Origin: Candidatus Eiseniibacteriota bacterium | GTDB lineage: Bacteria; Eisenbacteria; RBG-16-71-46; CAIMUX01; VGJL01 | Assembly: GCA_963792585.1 (NCBI GenBank) | Contig: CAWBWI010000001.1 | Location: 1,696,001-1,760,000 of the forward strand | DNA: 64,000 nucleotides | Reading direction: 5' to 3' | In this document: positions 42,134 to 52,031 of the stretch, one piece after another | Layout of the letters: each line of letters opens with the position of its first letter | Numbering within the stretch: position 1 is the first letter of the stretch | The notes under the pieces: model-generated | Told to the model about the DNA's origin: nothing | Seen by the model: the letters and a program-made list of their open reading frames with translations, nothing else | The model's database searches: none | Made by a program: the position numbers and the translations under genes

Positions 42134-43358
42134 CCTGCCTTCGTCCCCCGGCATAGGCGCGTATGCGCTTCGCGGCCTTGCGAACCTGTCGCCAGGCGAG
42201 TTTCCTGCCGCCGATCCAGAACGGTCGGAGATCGTCGAGCGCGAACACCGCGAACGAGCGGGCCTTTGTGAGAGACCAGAGCCAGGGTCCCCAACCAAGC
42301 TGCCCGGCCCTGTGCTTCTGGCGAAACGAACGAGCGTCTCGGGCGAAGTCGAGCCACTTGAGGCCGTACCTCTGCCGGGGATGAACCTCGCGGGCTAGCG
42401 TCGGGTGTCGCACGGCATCGAGATAGGCGATCCACGAGAGATCGACGCCGCATGCCTGGAACAGCGCATTGTGATAGTACGAACGACCGTTGATCTCGAG
42501 AAAATAGAGTCGACCCGTGCTTCGTTCCCGTACGTATTCGACCGCGACGAGACCCCTGTAACGAATCCGCTTCAGACAGGATACGGTCCTCTCGGCAATC
42601 TCGGGGAGGTTCTCGCTGATGCCAAAGCAGGTGACACCGAAGTCAGGCTGAAGCTGGCGGATCTTCCGTCCCGTGTAGACAGCCAGAGGCTCTGAATCGC
42701 GGTCCAGGTAGGCGGCGCAGACCAGGATATGCCCGTCGCCTCCCACGATGATCTCCTGGAAGACGCCCATGTTGGCCAGCTGCGGATAGGCAGTAAAGAA
42801 TTCCTTGAGCGCATTTTGATCTTGAAAAACGATGTTCTTCGCGTGTCCGGGCAGATAGAAGGAGTAGTGGTTCTTGGGCTTGTACAGGACCGGGTAGGGC
42901 ATTCCGGGCGCGATCTCACACAAGTGCGCGAACGACGAGGCAACGTAGGTCGCCGGAATCGGCATGCCGCAATCCACCGCGAGATTCTTCGTCGTGTCCT
43001 TGTTCAGTATGTCGAGCATCGTGTGCCGCTCGGGGAGCACGAACAAGGCCGTCGAGGCCAGTTCCTGCTCATGATTGGAGAGCAATGACAAGGATTCGTC
43101 GCTGGTCGGAAAGATCACCGGCGGCGCGGGCATGCCCCGACACAAAGCCAGGAGCTGGGGCAGAAACTCGGCCTCATCGTTCGCGGGCAGGTCGATGGCC
43201 TCGCAATAGCGCGAGTAGCCGGCCACCCCATGCTCGATGAACGCTGCCCCGAATACTCGGACCCCCTTGCGGCCCAAGCTGCGGATGACACCGAGCCCAT
43301 TTACACCCAGGTCGAGCACAATGGCCGGATTCCGGAACGACGATCTATCAGCACCCAT
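42114..43358 (-). CDS. ATP-grasp ligase, D-aspartate-ligase / carboxylate-amine-ligase-like
   Basis: 'NGLGVIRSLGRKG', 'FPTSDE', 'YPVLYKP', 'QEII.G', 'GRKIRQ', 'LEINGR'. Start uncertain. Confidence 0.85.
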   Translation of the reverse strand: MGADRSSFRNPAIVLDLGVNGLGVIRSLGRKGVRVFGAAFIEHGVAGYSRYCEAIDLPANDEAEFLPQLLALCRGMPAPPVIFPTSDESLSLLSNHEQELASTALFVLPERHTMLDILNKDTTKNLAVDCGMPIPATYVASSFAHLCEIAPGMPYPVLYKPKNHYSFYLPGHAKNIVFQDQNALKEFFTAYPQLANMGVFQEIIVGGDGHILVCAAYLDRDSEPLAVYTGRKIRQLQPDFGVTCFGISENLPEIAERTVSCLKRIRYRGLVAVEYVRERSTGRLYFLEINGRSYYHNALFQACGVDLSWIAYLDAVRHPTLAREVHPRQRYGLKWLDFARDARSFRQKHRAGQLGWGPWLWSLTKARSFAVFALDDLRPFWIGGRKLAWRQVRKAAKRIRAYAGGRRQVTARRG

Positions 43359-43746
43359 GGGAGCGGACCTGCCGCAGGCTGCAGTCGTTGGAGCATACGC
43401 CCGCGCCGTCCCGGCGCCCAAAGCTGGCCTCTGTGGACCTTCGATGGTGCACCATCTGGACCCTCCACAACGTGTTCAAAGTGGCGCACGGATTCTACAC
43501 CCTCGCGAGGAGCTTCCGCAGCAAGAGTCCCACGCCCTTCACGCCCCTCTCCTCGGGCGGGCACGACCCGTCGCCGATCCGCCGCAGGGGGGTCCCTATT
43601 CACGAGTCGAGCCCCCTTTGGGATTTCAGTCGTCACCACGCCCCTCTATCGTTGGGCCGGCCCCACTGAGCGGGAGTGCATTGGGTCGGCCCGCCCGTAT
43701 CCGAGGCGGCACCGACGTGCGCGACTCTACGAAGGAGGAGCCCACC

Positions 43747-45645
43747 ATGTGCGGAATCGCGGGGTTCTGGAACTTCGGCGGTGAGCCGGCCGCCCGGGAA
43801 ATCATCGAGGCGATGCTGGCCCGGCTGCGCCACCGCGGCCCGGACGACGAAGGCGTCTGGTCGGAAGGTCCTCTGGCCCTCGGGCACCGGCGTCTCAGCA
43901 TCCTCGACCCATCCCCCGCCGGCCATCAACCCTTCGTCACCGATGACGGAGAAGGAATCCTCTGTCAGAGTGGGGAAATCTACAATTACAGCGAACTCCG
44001 CTCACTTCTGGAGGAGGAAGGGGTCCGCTTCCGCAGCCGCTCCGACACCGAGGTCGCGCTGCACGCGCTCCACCGCTGGGGGCCGGGGGCAGCGGTGCCC
44101 CGATTCAACGGCATGTTCGCCCTCGCCTACTACGACCGCCGCGCCCGCGCTCTCTACCTGGCCCGCGACCGGGCCGGTATCGTTCCCCTGTACCTGTCCC
44201 GCTCGACAACGGCGATCGTCTTCGCCTCCGAGATCAAGGCCCTGTTGGTTCATCCCCGCGTTCCGGCCCGCCCCGACATGCTGGCCCTGGCCACCCAGGC
44301 CTACCATGAGCGGCTCGACGGCCCCTGGACGCTGTTCGAGGGGGTGGAGGGCGTTCCTCCGGGGACCATCCTCCGGATCACCGAGCACGCAACGGAGACG
44401 ATCACCTACTTCGATCTCCTGCGTGATCTGGAGGTGGGCCGCCTGCAGCGCGACACGTTGGGCTCCCTCACCGCGGCCGCCGCGCGGCTGGAGGAGCTTC
44501 TGTCCCGGAGCGTGGATCTCCACCTCCGCAGCGACGCCCCCCTGGCCACCACGTGCAGCGGCGGGATCGACTCCGGCTTGGTCGCCGCGCTGGCCCGGGA
44601 GCGAAAGCCGGACCTGGTCGGCTACGTGGCCGACGTGGAGGGTGTGGGCGGGCGCGAGCGCGAGCGCGCGGCTCAGGTCTGTCGCCACCTGGGGGTCGAG
44701 TTGCGTCCGGTCCCAGTGCGATTCGAGGACTGCCTCCGTCTCTGGCCGCTGGCCGTATTCCACAACGATCAGCCCCTCTACTTCGCGAACGATATCCCCT
44801 ATCTAATGGTGGCGCGGGCGGCGCGGCAGGACGGGTTCAAGGTGCTTCTGGCCGGCGAAGGGGCGGACGAGCTCCTCGGAGGCTATGTCTGGCAAGCCAG
44901 CACCTACCGGATGTGGCGGAGACGCCGGTGGCACGCCAGGCTATGGCCCGACATCTCCCCCTTGAGGGCGCTCGGGAGGATCGCTCGCCGCGTCATGCCC
45001 CTCGACATGGCGGAACTGTCCCGCCAGCCCTTCCGTCGCGTGACCGATGAGTCCGCCAGGCGACATGAGGTCCGCGCCGCCTTCTTGCTTGACGGCGGCC
45101 GCCGTCACGTCCGTCATGCAGCGCTCTTCCACCGTCTGGGCGAGGTCATGCCGCTGGAAGCGCAGGCCTTTCTTGCGCGCTCGTTTGACGACTTCCACAT
45201 TCACCTGGGGACCTTGCTTCAGAGCCGCAACAAGATGGGGCTGGCGGCGTCGATGGAGATGCGGGTCCCTTACCTCGAGAACGAGTTGATCGACTTCGCC
45301 CTCCACCTTCCGTTTCGCTACAAGTTCGACGGCCGTAGCGGCAAGAGGGTCTCGAAGCTGCTTGCGGAGAAATGGCTGCCCCGCGGGATCGTACATGCCC
45401 CCAAGATCGGGTTCGAGCTCCCGCCCGCGATGTGGAACAGAGCCGGCTCCTTTCTCGAAGGAGGGATGGTGCAGGAGTACTTCCGCTGGGGGCCGAACGA
45501 GGCGGCCGCCGTCCGGGACCACCTGACCCGCGATTCCCTCTTCCTCTTCGCTCTTCTGGGGTTGGAGATCTGGGCCCGCCTCTACTTCGGAGGCGCATCG
45601 CCTGAGGAGCTGGGCGAGCAGATGGTGCGGGCGTCGATGGCGTGA
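43747..45645 (+). CDS. asnB: Asparagine synthetase B-family amidotransferase
   Basis: AGGAGG RBS; 'MCGIAG', 'HRGPD', 'RRLSI', 'GEIYN', 'SDTEV', 'SGGIDS', 'GEGADE', 'E.RVPYL'. Confidence 0.92.
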   Translation: MCGIAGFWNFGGEPAAREIIEAMLARLRHRGPDDEGVWSEGPLALGHRRLSILDPSPAGHQPFVTDDGEGILCQSGEIYNYSELRSLLEEEGVRFRSRSDTEVALHALHRWGPGAAVPRFNGMFALAYYDRRARALYLARDRAGIVPLYLSRSTTAIVFASEIKALLVHPRVPARPDMLALATQAYHERLDGPWTLFEGVEGVPPGTILRITEHATETITYFDLLRDLEVGRLQRDTLGSLTAAAARLEELLSRSVDLHLRSDAPLATTCSGGIDSGLVAALARERKPDLVGYVADVEGVGGRERERAAQVCRHLGVELRPVPVRFEDCLRLWPLAVFHNDQPLYFANDIPYLMVARAARQDGFKVLLAGEGADELLGGYVWQASTYRMWRRRRWHARLWPDISPLRALGRIARRVMPLDMAELSRQPFRRVTDESARRHEVRAAFLLDGGRRHVRHAALFHRLGEVMPLEAQAFLARSFDDFHIHLGTLLQSRNKMGLAASMEMRVPYLENELIDFALHLPFRYKFDGRSGKRVSKLLAEKWLPRGIVHAPKIGFELPPAMWNRAGSFLEGGMVQEYFRWGPNEAAAVRDHLTRDSLFLFALLGLEIWARLYFGGASPEELGEQMVRASMA

Positions 45646-45663
45646 AGGACGAAGAGCCTTTCC

Positions 45664-47139
45664 TCATGCCTTCCGCACGGAATCCATGAGTCGCCGGATC
45701 CGCCCTATGGAAACCAGGCGGAGCAGGACAACGACCGAAACGACGATACAGAAGAGCAGCGCCTTCGCGCCGATCGCGGGGAGGGGGGCGAGGTGGTGAT
45801 CCACCTCGACCCCGACGATCCCCGTCGCAAGGGCGACCGTGGCGGCGACAAGCATGCGTCCATACGGAAACGGTATTGCGAAGCAACGCTGCCCGAGCCA
45901 GAGGATCCCGACGAATTGAACCCCATAGGCGATCGCGGTCGCCCACGCCGCCCCGAGGATGTGCATGCGCGGGATCAGGATGAAGTTCAGCGCGACGTTC
46001 AGCGCGGCGGCCGCCCCGTTGACGATCGGGATGCGACCCGTCCTGCCGCTGATCTGGAGCGAAACCTCCGCCACCGGATAGAACGAGAAGAAAGCGAGCC
46101 CAATCGCGACGACGGGGACGACACGAGCCGCCGCATGGTACGAAGGAGGCGTCAGGATCCGCAGCGCCTCGGAGCTGAAGAGCGACAGCAGGATCGCCAT
46201 CAGGATGGTCAGGCCAAACCATGTCGTCCCCACCTCCGCGAGCCGCCGCCGCCCTCCGTCCTCCCGCGCGGCCCGGTGCGCGAATGGGACCCATGCCATC
46301 CAGAACGCGTCCGCCGCGGTGCTGAGCCCTTCGCCGAGCCGGTAGCCGACCGAGTAGAGTCCCACGACCGCCATCGGCTCGAAGAGCTTGAGAATGTACC
46401 GGTCGGCCAGTCTCAATACGAACTGACTCAATCCCGAAGGGACGAACGGGAGCCCGTAACGAAGGATCGACTTCATCGTCGCCCTCGTCGGCCTCGGCAG
46501 CGGATGCGGGATGTACCGGCTCAGGAGCCACGCGGCCGCCAGCCCATTCGTGAGGGCCTGCGCGAGAACGACTCCGAGCACACCCATCTTGAGGAAGGCG
46601 ACCAAGAAGATCGATAGGGCCAAGGTCATGCCGGTCAGGATCAGCTTGATCCGAACGTAAAGCCCTGAGTCCTGCCGCGAGCTGATCGGTGCCATTGGAA
46701 CCTTCATCAGCAGGTCCAGGTAGCTGGTCGCCATGCTGATGGCGACGAGGAACCAGAGCTTAGGATCGTCCAGCAGCGCGCGAGAGATCGCAGGGGAAGC
46801 GGCGCCCGCAAGTAGGGTCGGGATTGCCGCCAGGGCCAGGATATTCAGGCAAGCGCTGAGCACCTGCCGCCGGTCGTCTTCATCCTTCTCACGGATGTAG
46901 AAACGGAGGATGCTGACCGAGATTCCAAGGTCGGCCAGATTCAGGTAGATGGCCATGAACACACCGAGAAGCGACAGAACCCCGTAGTCCGACGGCGAGA
47001 GCAGGCGCGTGTAGATCGGGATCAGCAAGAGGCCGACCAGCCGCCTGCTGACCGAGCCAAGTCCGTACACGAGGAACGTCCTGGAGAAGGTCGGGGCGGC
47101 CTTGTCGCTCTCCGCAGTCTTCGAGGGTGATCCAATCAT
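45664..47139 (-). CDS. Wzx/MATE-like oligosaccharide flippase
   Basis: Many TM helices; 'LLIPIYTRLLSPSDYG', 'DRYIL...VGLYS', 'LNVALNFILIP..G'. Start uncertain. Confidence 0.88.
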   Translation of the reverse strand: MIGSPSKTAESDKAAPTFSRTFLVYGLGSVSRRLVGLLLIPIYTRLLSPSDYGVLSLLGVFMAIYLNLADLGISVSILRFYIREKDEDDRRQVLSACLNILALAAIPTLLAGAASPAISRALLDDPKLWFLVAISMATSYLDLLMKVPMAPISSRQDSGLYVRIKLILTGMTLALSIFLVAFLKMGVLGVVLAQALTNGLAAAWLLSRYIPHPLPRPTRATMKSILRYGLPFVPSGLSQFVLRLADRYILKLFEPMAVVGLYSVGYRLGEGLSTAADAFWMAWVPFAHRAAREDGGRRRLAEVGTTWFGLTILMAILLSLFSSEALRILTPPSYHAAARVVPVVAIGLAFFSFYPVAEVSLQISGRTGRIPIVNGAAAALNVALNFILIPRMHILGAAWATAIAYGVQFVGILWLGQRCFAIPFPYGRMLVAATVALATGIVGVEVDHHLAPLPAIGAKALLFCIVVSVVVLLRLVSIGRIRRLMDSVRKA

Positions 47140-47318
47140 TGGCCCCGATGGTAGAGACCTGCCGGCCCCGACTCCATCGAAGAGGCTCGCCCGGGTGCCA
47201 TAGGGGCATGAGAACGCCCCGGCCATTTGCCGCAGGCCCGGCCGTCCGCGGCGCACCCAAGCAGCGAACCCGCCCCGAATGGGGCGGGTCCGATGTTCAC
47301 CTGAGTGACACGAAGTGA

Positions 47319-48056
47319 CTAGCGGTAGTTGTCCCTGATCCGGCCCCAGGTCGTGTTCCGCGTCGGAACGGGCGGGCACGGATTCGGGTCACACGGGATG
47401 CCGTCGCCTTGATAAACGCCACCGGCCCTTACGCAGGCCTCTTCGTAGAGGATCTCGCAGTGGCCATCCTCCTCGAAGCAGCACGCGCCCGTCGGCAGAG
47501 GTCGAATGATCCCGCACCGCCGCCCCTCCGTCGGAACGAAACCCTCTTCCTCGGGATCGAATGTGCTCAGCGGGCCATTGTAGAGAATCGAATTCAAAAG
47601 CCCGTCCAAGACGATCAGGTGGTCTTCCACGACATCGGCCTGTGCGATAAGGGCGGGGTACTCAATCGAGTAGAAGATCTGCGCGCAGACCTCCACCTCG
47701 AGCGGAATGTTGTCGACCCCCCAATCAAGTGTCGCACCGCTCGGCAGGGTGACCGACCAATGCCAATCCGTTGGTGTCGGATCGCAGACGAGCGAATCCA
47801 CGTCGTAGGTGTTGCCTGGACCGGTCGAGGTCCCACCGATGAAAGTGACGCATCCGATGTCACCACCGTTGAGCGTCCAGAGACCTTCGCTCCACTGGAG
47901 GATCTCGATGTCTCCGAAAACCTCATCGCGCACCCGCGCCGGATCAGCGCTCGCGGTCGACACGAAGGTGAGAATCGCCACGCACGCGGCGACCGTCAGA
48001 AGTACTCGCGCGAGTCGAGAATGGGCGTGACTGCTCCAACGATAACAATCCTTCAT
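47319..48056 (-). CDS. Secreted protein with one Cys-rich GACC module and C-terminal TTWGRIR..YR motif
   Basis: GAGGAGGAG RBS; signal peptide; ends 'GACCFEEDGHCEILYEEACVRAGGVYQGDGIPCDPNPCPPVPTRNTTWGRIRDNYR'. Confidence 0.8.
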   Translation of the reverse strand: MKDCYRWSSHAHSRLARVLLTVAACVAILTFVSTASADPARVRDEVFGDIEILQWSEGLWTLNGGDIGCVTFIGGTSTGPGNTYDVDSLVCDPTPTDWHWSVTLPSGATLDWGVDNIPLEVEVCAQIFYSIEYPALIAQADVVEDHLIVLDGLLNSILYNGPLSTFDPEEEGFVPTEGRRCGIIRPLPTGACCFEEDGHCEILYEEACVRAGGVYQGDGIPCDPNPCPPVPTRNTTWGRIRDNYR

Positions 48057-48127
48057 CTAGCTCCTCCTCAGTCGCATACATCGACACTGGAATATACGGA
48101 GGCCAGGCTGCGGGGCAGCCGGTGTTC

Positions 48128-48156
48128 ATTATAGGCACATGTGAGAATGGAATCAA
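48128..48156 (-). promoter_or_regulatory. Sigma70-type promoter TTGATT-N17-TATAAT
   Basis: Near-consensus hexamers with 17-bp spacer, about 70 bp upstream of ATG 48056. Confidence 0.65.
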
Positions 48157-48563
48157 CACGCAAGTCGCACGGCAGGGCGGAGAGTGAGTTCCGTCCCGGG
48201 GACCCCACGGCAAAGCTCTGGAGGCGGTGTCTATTGATAGGATTGCGGTTACGCTGACCTGAGCCTGGCCTGGGCGCCAGGGTCCCATCGGCGACGGGCA
48301 ACCGCCAAGAGGCAGGCCAAAACTGCAGAGCTCATCGCGATTCCCCCGCTCCATCCACGGTCGGAGTTGGTCGAAAGCGAGTAAGAGGAATCCACGGGTA
48401 ACGTTTGAGAGATCTCATCCCGGTTGCTTGGTGCCTTCACAGCCCATGGCCCGGAAGTCACCCCAGTCGCCTGATCAAGACAGGAAGGCGCCCCCCCGGG
48501 ATCGGGAATCCCATCGCGGAGGGGCGCCTTCTCTCCTCGGGCAAAGATCGGCAGCAGGCCGGC

Positions 48564-50349
48564 TCAAGGCAAGAGCACGAAGCGGCTCCCTACCAAGGTC
48601 TCCCCGAGACGGGTTCGCACGACGTACACGCCGGGCGCCAGCGTCGACGAAGCCCGCCACATGCCGCGACCGCCCCGAAGCATCACGGAATCGACCCGGC
48701 GGCCCGTCACGTCAAGCACGTCCAGCGTTGTCCGATCCTGCGCACCGGTCAGACGGAACTCAGCCCCGGCGTGAGCGGGGTTCGGCAGAATCGCCAGATG
48801 AGGCGTGATGCTTGGAAGTGTGGTCGAGACCGCCGCCGGATTGACGCGCCGGTAGATCCCCGTGTTGCGGGCGTCGACGCCGCGCATCGGCCAGTCGGCC
48901 CGACCGGGCAATACGGGTCCGGTCGTATCCCACGCATGGATCCAGCCATTCCAGGTCGACGCCACCAGCTCGAACAGCCCATCGCCGTCGATGTCGCCAG
49001 CAGCCACGCCGGAGATCGAAGGGCCGACCATCGTCTTCGGGAACCCGGGGAGCAGGACGCCGTCCGCGCCGATCGCGAGGACCTGTCCTCCTTCGGTACT
49101 GAGACAGAAATCCTGCCGGCCGTTGCCATCCACGTCGGCCACGCAGGGGAATCCGTGAGGCCAGTCGGCCACGAAGTACGGCCAGCCGGGAAGAGGGACG
49201 CCGTTGGCCAGCGTGAAAGCGAGCGCGCGGTTGGTGCCGGAGAGGACATTGTCAAGGGCGAGCAACTCGGGCTCACCGTCCCCTGTCAGATCGCCGACTG
49301 CGAGGTAGAAGAGCTGGCTGCCCGTCGCGATGGTGATTGGATATCCGGCCACCGGGGAGCCGTCGTGATGACGGGCGTACGCCAGAGATGTGGTGCCGGA
49401 GGTGTAACCGATCAGGAACTCCAAGTCTCCGTCGCGGTCCATGTCTACCGGGACGGGCGGCCCGAAGGAAAGATAGCCGCCCGTAAACACCCCAAGCGTG
49501 ACAGGATACCCTGGAGCATTGCCGCCCGTCGGAATTGAACACGTAGAGGCGCATCGTCGGTTCCTGCCACGAGAGAGCGAAGAACTCGTCCGTGCCGTTG
49601 CCGTCCAGATCCCCGAAGTACAGGTTCAGGATGTTCTCGCTGGGACTCAAATCCCGGGTGAAGAGCCGCGTCCCTTGGCCATCGAACGCTGAAATCCGGT
49701 AGTGGACGAAGTTGTTGCCAAGAGTGTGAGGACCCCATGCCTCCAGTTCGCCGTCGCCGTCGCCGTCGCCGAGGACGAATGGGACATCGAGTGCGTTTGA
49801 ATAGTCATTCGGTGCGAACTGAGGGAATCCCGACATGTTGCTGCCGTTGGATTCCCGTCCGTTGAAGCACCACATGTGCGCACTACCAGCCCACCAGTCG
49901 CGCTCCGACCACATGATCTCGACATCACCATCATGCTCCAGGTCGGCCGCTGAAGGCCCCGGCTTCTGCTCGTTGGTGCCGTAGCCCATGTAGGCATGCT
50001 CGGTCGTGGGCCAGCCGGGCAGGAAGCTCCCGTCCCCGCGCAAGCCGAAGGTGTCCCCTCCCGTCAGAAAGATCTCATCGGCGCCGTCACCATCGACATC
50101 GAATAGGGTCGGCGTGTACGGAAAGCCCGCACCCGGCGCGTGTAGATTCACCGGCCACCCCGCACGGGAATCGCCGTCGGCTTCCATGGCGGCGGTCGAC
50201 GGGAGAATCGTCAGGGACGCTCCGGGTACTGGAGTGGTCAGCTCGATCATCGCGGGAATTGCATCACCAGCGATGGCTGGGATGGGGATGACGAGAACAC
50301 CTGTCAGCACAGCGCAAGCAACCACGAGGGAAACTTCGAGGCAACGCAT
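48564..50349 (-). CDS. Secreted FG-GAP repeat protein with CTD-like domain, split by one +1 frameshift near 49525
   Basis: ORFs 49273-50355 and 48564-49490 join to give '...FNSDGGNAPGYPVTLGVFTGG...' if one G is removed from GACGGGCGGC; similar in style to 24445-26154. Confidence 0.8.
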
Positions 50350-50394
50350 CGGCAACCTCCCTGGTTGAATCCTGGGTCAGCTCAACCGCGATGC

Positions 50395-50403
50395 ATTATA
50401 TCA
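50395..50403 (-). promoter_or_regulatory. Extended -10 promoter element TG-A-TATAAT
   Basis: Minus strand, about 45 bp upstream of ATG 50349. Confidence 0.5.
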
Positions 50404-50469
50404 CAGGAGATTCCGATATCCTCAATGACTTCCACGGACAGCGGGGGCTGATTGGCTTGGCAGATCGCC

Positions 50470-50589
50470 GGCTAGAGCATAGATGCAGCCGACTTCGCAT
50501 CCAGTGTACGGGTTGACGCAACAGCCGTAGATCTAGGATCGATTGAGGATCGACTTCGCCTCGATCTCACGGACCAAAGGCTGACACAT
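50470..50589 (-). pseudogene. Degraded 5' fragment of a radical SAM gene (SPL-like family)
   Basis: Manual translation MCQPLVREIEAKSILNRS*IYGCCVNPYTGCEVGCIYAL: 'NPY.GC...C.Y' motif with an internal TAG and loss of the third Cys. Confidence 0.7.
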
Positions 50590-51021
50590 GCTCTCGTCAT
50601 AGACCACCAGCGTGGCGCCTGGATCATCCCGTCCAGGCTGCTGCGCTTCGCGTTACACCATGCGGGGACGGGACGCCAACGCGGGAAAAGACGGTAGGAG
50701 GGACGGGAACACCCCTCCTATCGGTCCCAGGCTGCGCTGCTCGAATCTACATCGTTTTGACGGATCGTCAGTTCATCTTGATAGTTCAGCGCGACGCCAC
50801 ATCGGTTACTCGCTGCAGTCACCGTAGTTAGGCAAGTCGTGACTCCGGCACGCAAATTGCTCCAGAGACTGTTGCTGGACCCACCAGCCCAGGGAGCGAT
50901 CGGTGCAACTCAAGCGGGTTGCTGCCGCAGCGACCGGCCACTGTCGGTCGTAACGAACAGTGCTTGGCGGACCGAGTCCCTCTCGCCGATACCGCTCACA
51001 TCCGGGAGTGGAGACGATGAC

Positions 51022-51111
51022 GTGAGTATCTCGACCATCCTGATCGTTGTCGCGGTCCTGATGCTGCTCTTCGGCAGCCGAGGACGAACCAGGCGGAGGA
51101 GACGCGGCTAA
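51022..51111 (+). CDS. Putative 29-aa single-TM peptide
   Basis: GGAG then GTG; MSISTILIVVAVLMLLFGSRGRTRRRRRG. Confidence 0.45.
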   Translation: MSISTILIVVAVLMLLFGSRGRTRRRRRG

Positions 51112-51189
51112 CCATCCGTGTCGCGGATCTGCGGCGCGTCCAATCGGCCGCGCCATCCGCGAGGGCACAATGTCGAGAAGGAAGGGATC

Positions 51190-51969
51190 ATGACACACGT
51201 GAGAGTTTTCAGCACAGGCTTGTGGCTCATGGTGGTCTTGTTGATCGCGGTTGGGTGCGCCAAGGTTCCCATCACCGGGCGGAACCAGTTCAACCTCGTC
51301 TCTGACAATGAGGCCAACGCGCTGGGCGTGGAAGCTTACAAGAAGGTGGAGTCGGAATCGCGCCTGATCAAGAACGGACCAAAGTACGATCAGGTGCTCC
51401 GCGTTGGCAAGCGGATTGCCGCGGCCGCGGACAAGCCCGACTTCAATTGGGAGTTCTGCCTCATCGCCGAACCCAAGACAATCAACGCGTTCTGTCTCCC
51501 GGGCGGGAAGATCGCCGTCTACAGCGGTATCCTCCCGATCACCAGGGACGACGTCGGCTTGGCGGTGGTCCTGGCGCACGAGGTAGCCCACGCAATCGCG
51601 CGACACGGCGCGGAACGCATGACCGACCAGTTGGCCCTTCAACTAGGTGGCGCGGGGCTCCAGCAATTGATTCAGCAGAAGAGCCCGGCGACGCAGCAGG
51701 TCGTGATGGCGGCCTTCGGCGTTGGCGCTACGATCGGCGTGGTGCTCCCCTTCAGCCGCTCCCAGGAGAATGAGGCCGATCACATTGGCCTGGTGGTCAT
51801 GGCAAAGGCTGGATACGATCCGCGCCAGGCACCTGAGTTCTGGAAGCGCATGATCGCCGCCTCCGACGGCGCGGCCCCTCCGGCTTTCTTGAGCGACCAC
51901 CCCACGGACAAGAGCCGTGTACGGAATCTCCAGAAGTGGATGCCGGAAGCGCTCAAGTACTATCACTAA
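51190..51969 (+). CDS. M48-family zinc metallopeptidase lipoprotein
   Basis: Lipobox AVG-C; 'VPITGRNQ', 'NAFCLPGGK', 'HEVAH', 'SRSQENEAD', 'AGYDP', 'LSDHP'. Confidence 0.93.
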   Translation: MTHVRVFSTGLWLMVVLLIAVGCAKVPITGRNQFNLVSDNEANALGVEAYKKVESESRLIKNGPKYDQVLRVGKRIAAAADKPDFNWEFCLIAEPKTINAFCLPGGKIAVYSGILPITRDDVGLAVVLAHEVAHAIARHGAERMTDQLALQLGGAGLQQLIQQKSPATQQVVMAAFGVGATIGVVLPFSRSQENEADHIGLVVMAKAGYDPRQAPEFWKRMIAASDGAAPPAFLSDHPTDKSRVRNLQKWMPEALKYYH

Positions 51970-52031
51970 CCGCGCTGATGCAGAAGCCAAGGCTTCCGAG
52001 AGTGCGGGACGATCGGAAAGGAGTGTGACTC

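Noticed and set aside
42114..45645. RiPP cluster (lasso cyclase or graspetide ligase)
   Set aside because: AsnB keeps a full glutaminase domain with Cys1; no B1/B2 peptidase or convincing precursor ORF in 43359-43746; the neighbouring flippase points to glycan chemistry.
48200..48255. c-di-GMP-I riboswitch-like words (GCAAAGC...GTCTA...GGTTAC)
   Set aside because: The first GNRA stem is not evident, and there is no downstream plus-strand gene to regulate.
50533..50535. Amber read-through in the radical SAM fragment
   Set aside because: The frame degenerates shortly after and the rest of the gene is missing, so decay is the simpler explanation.
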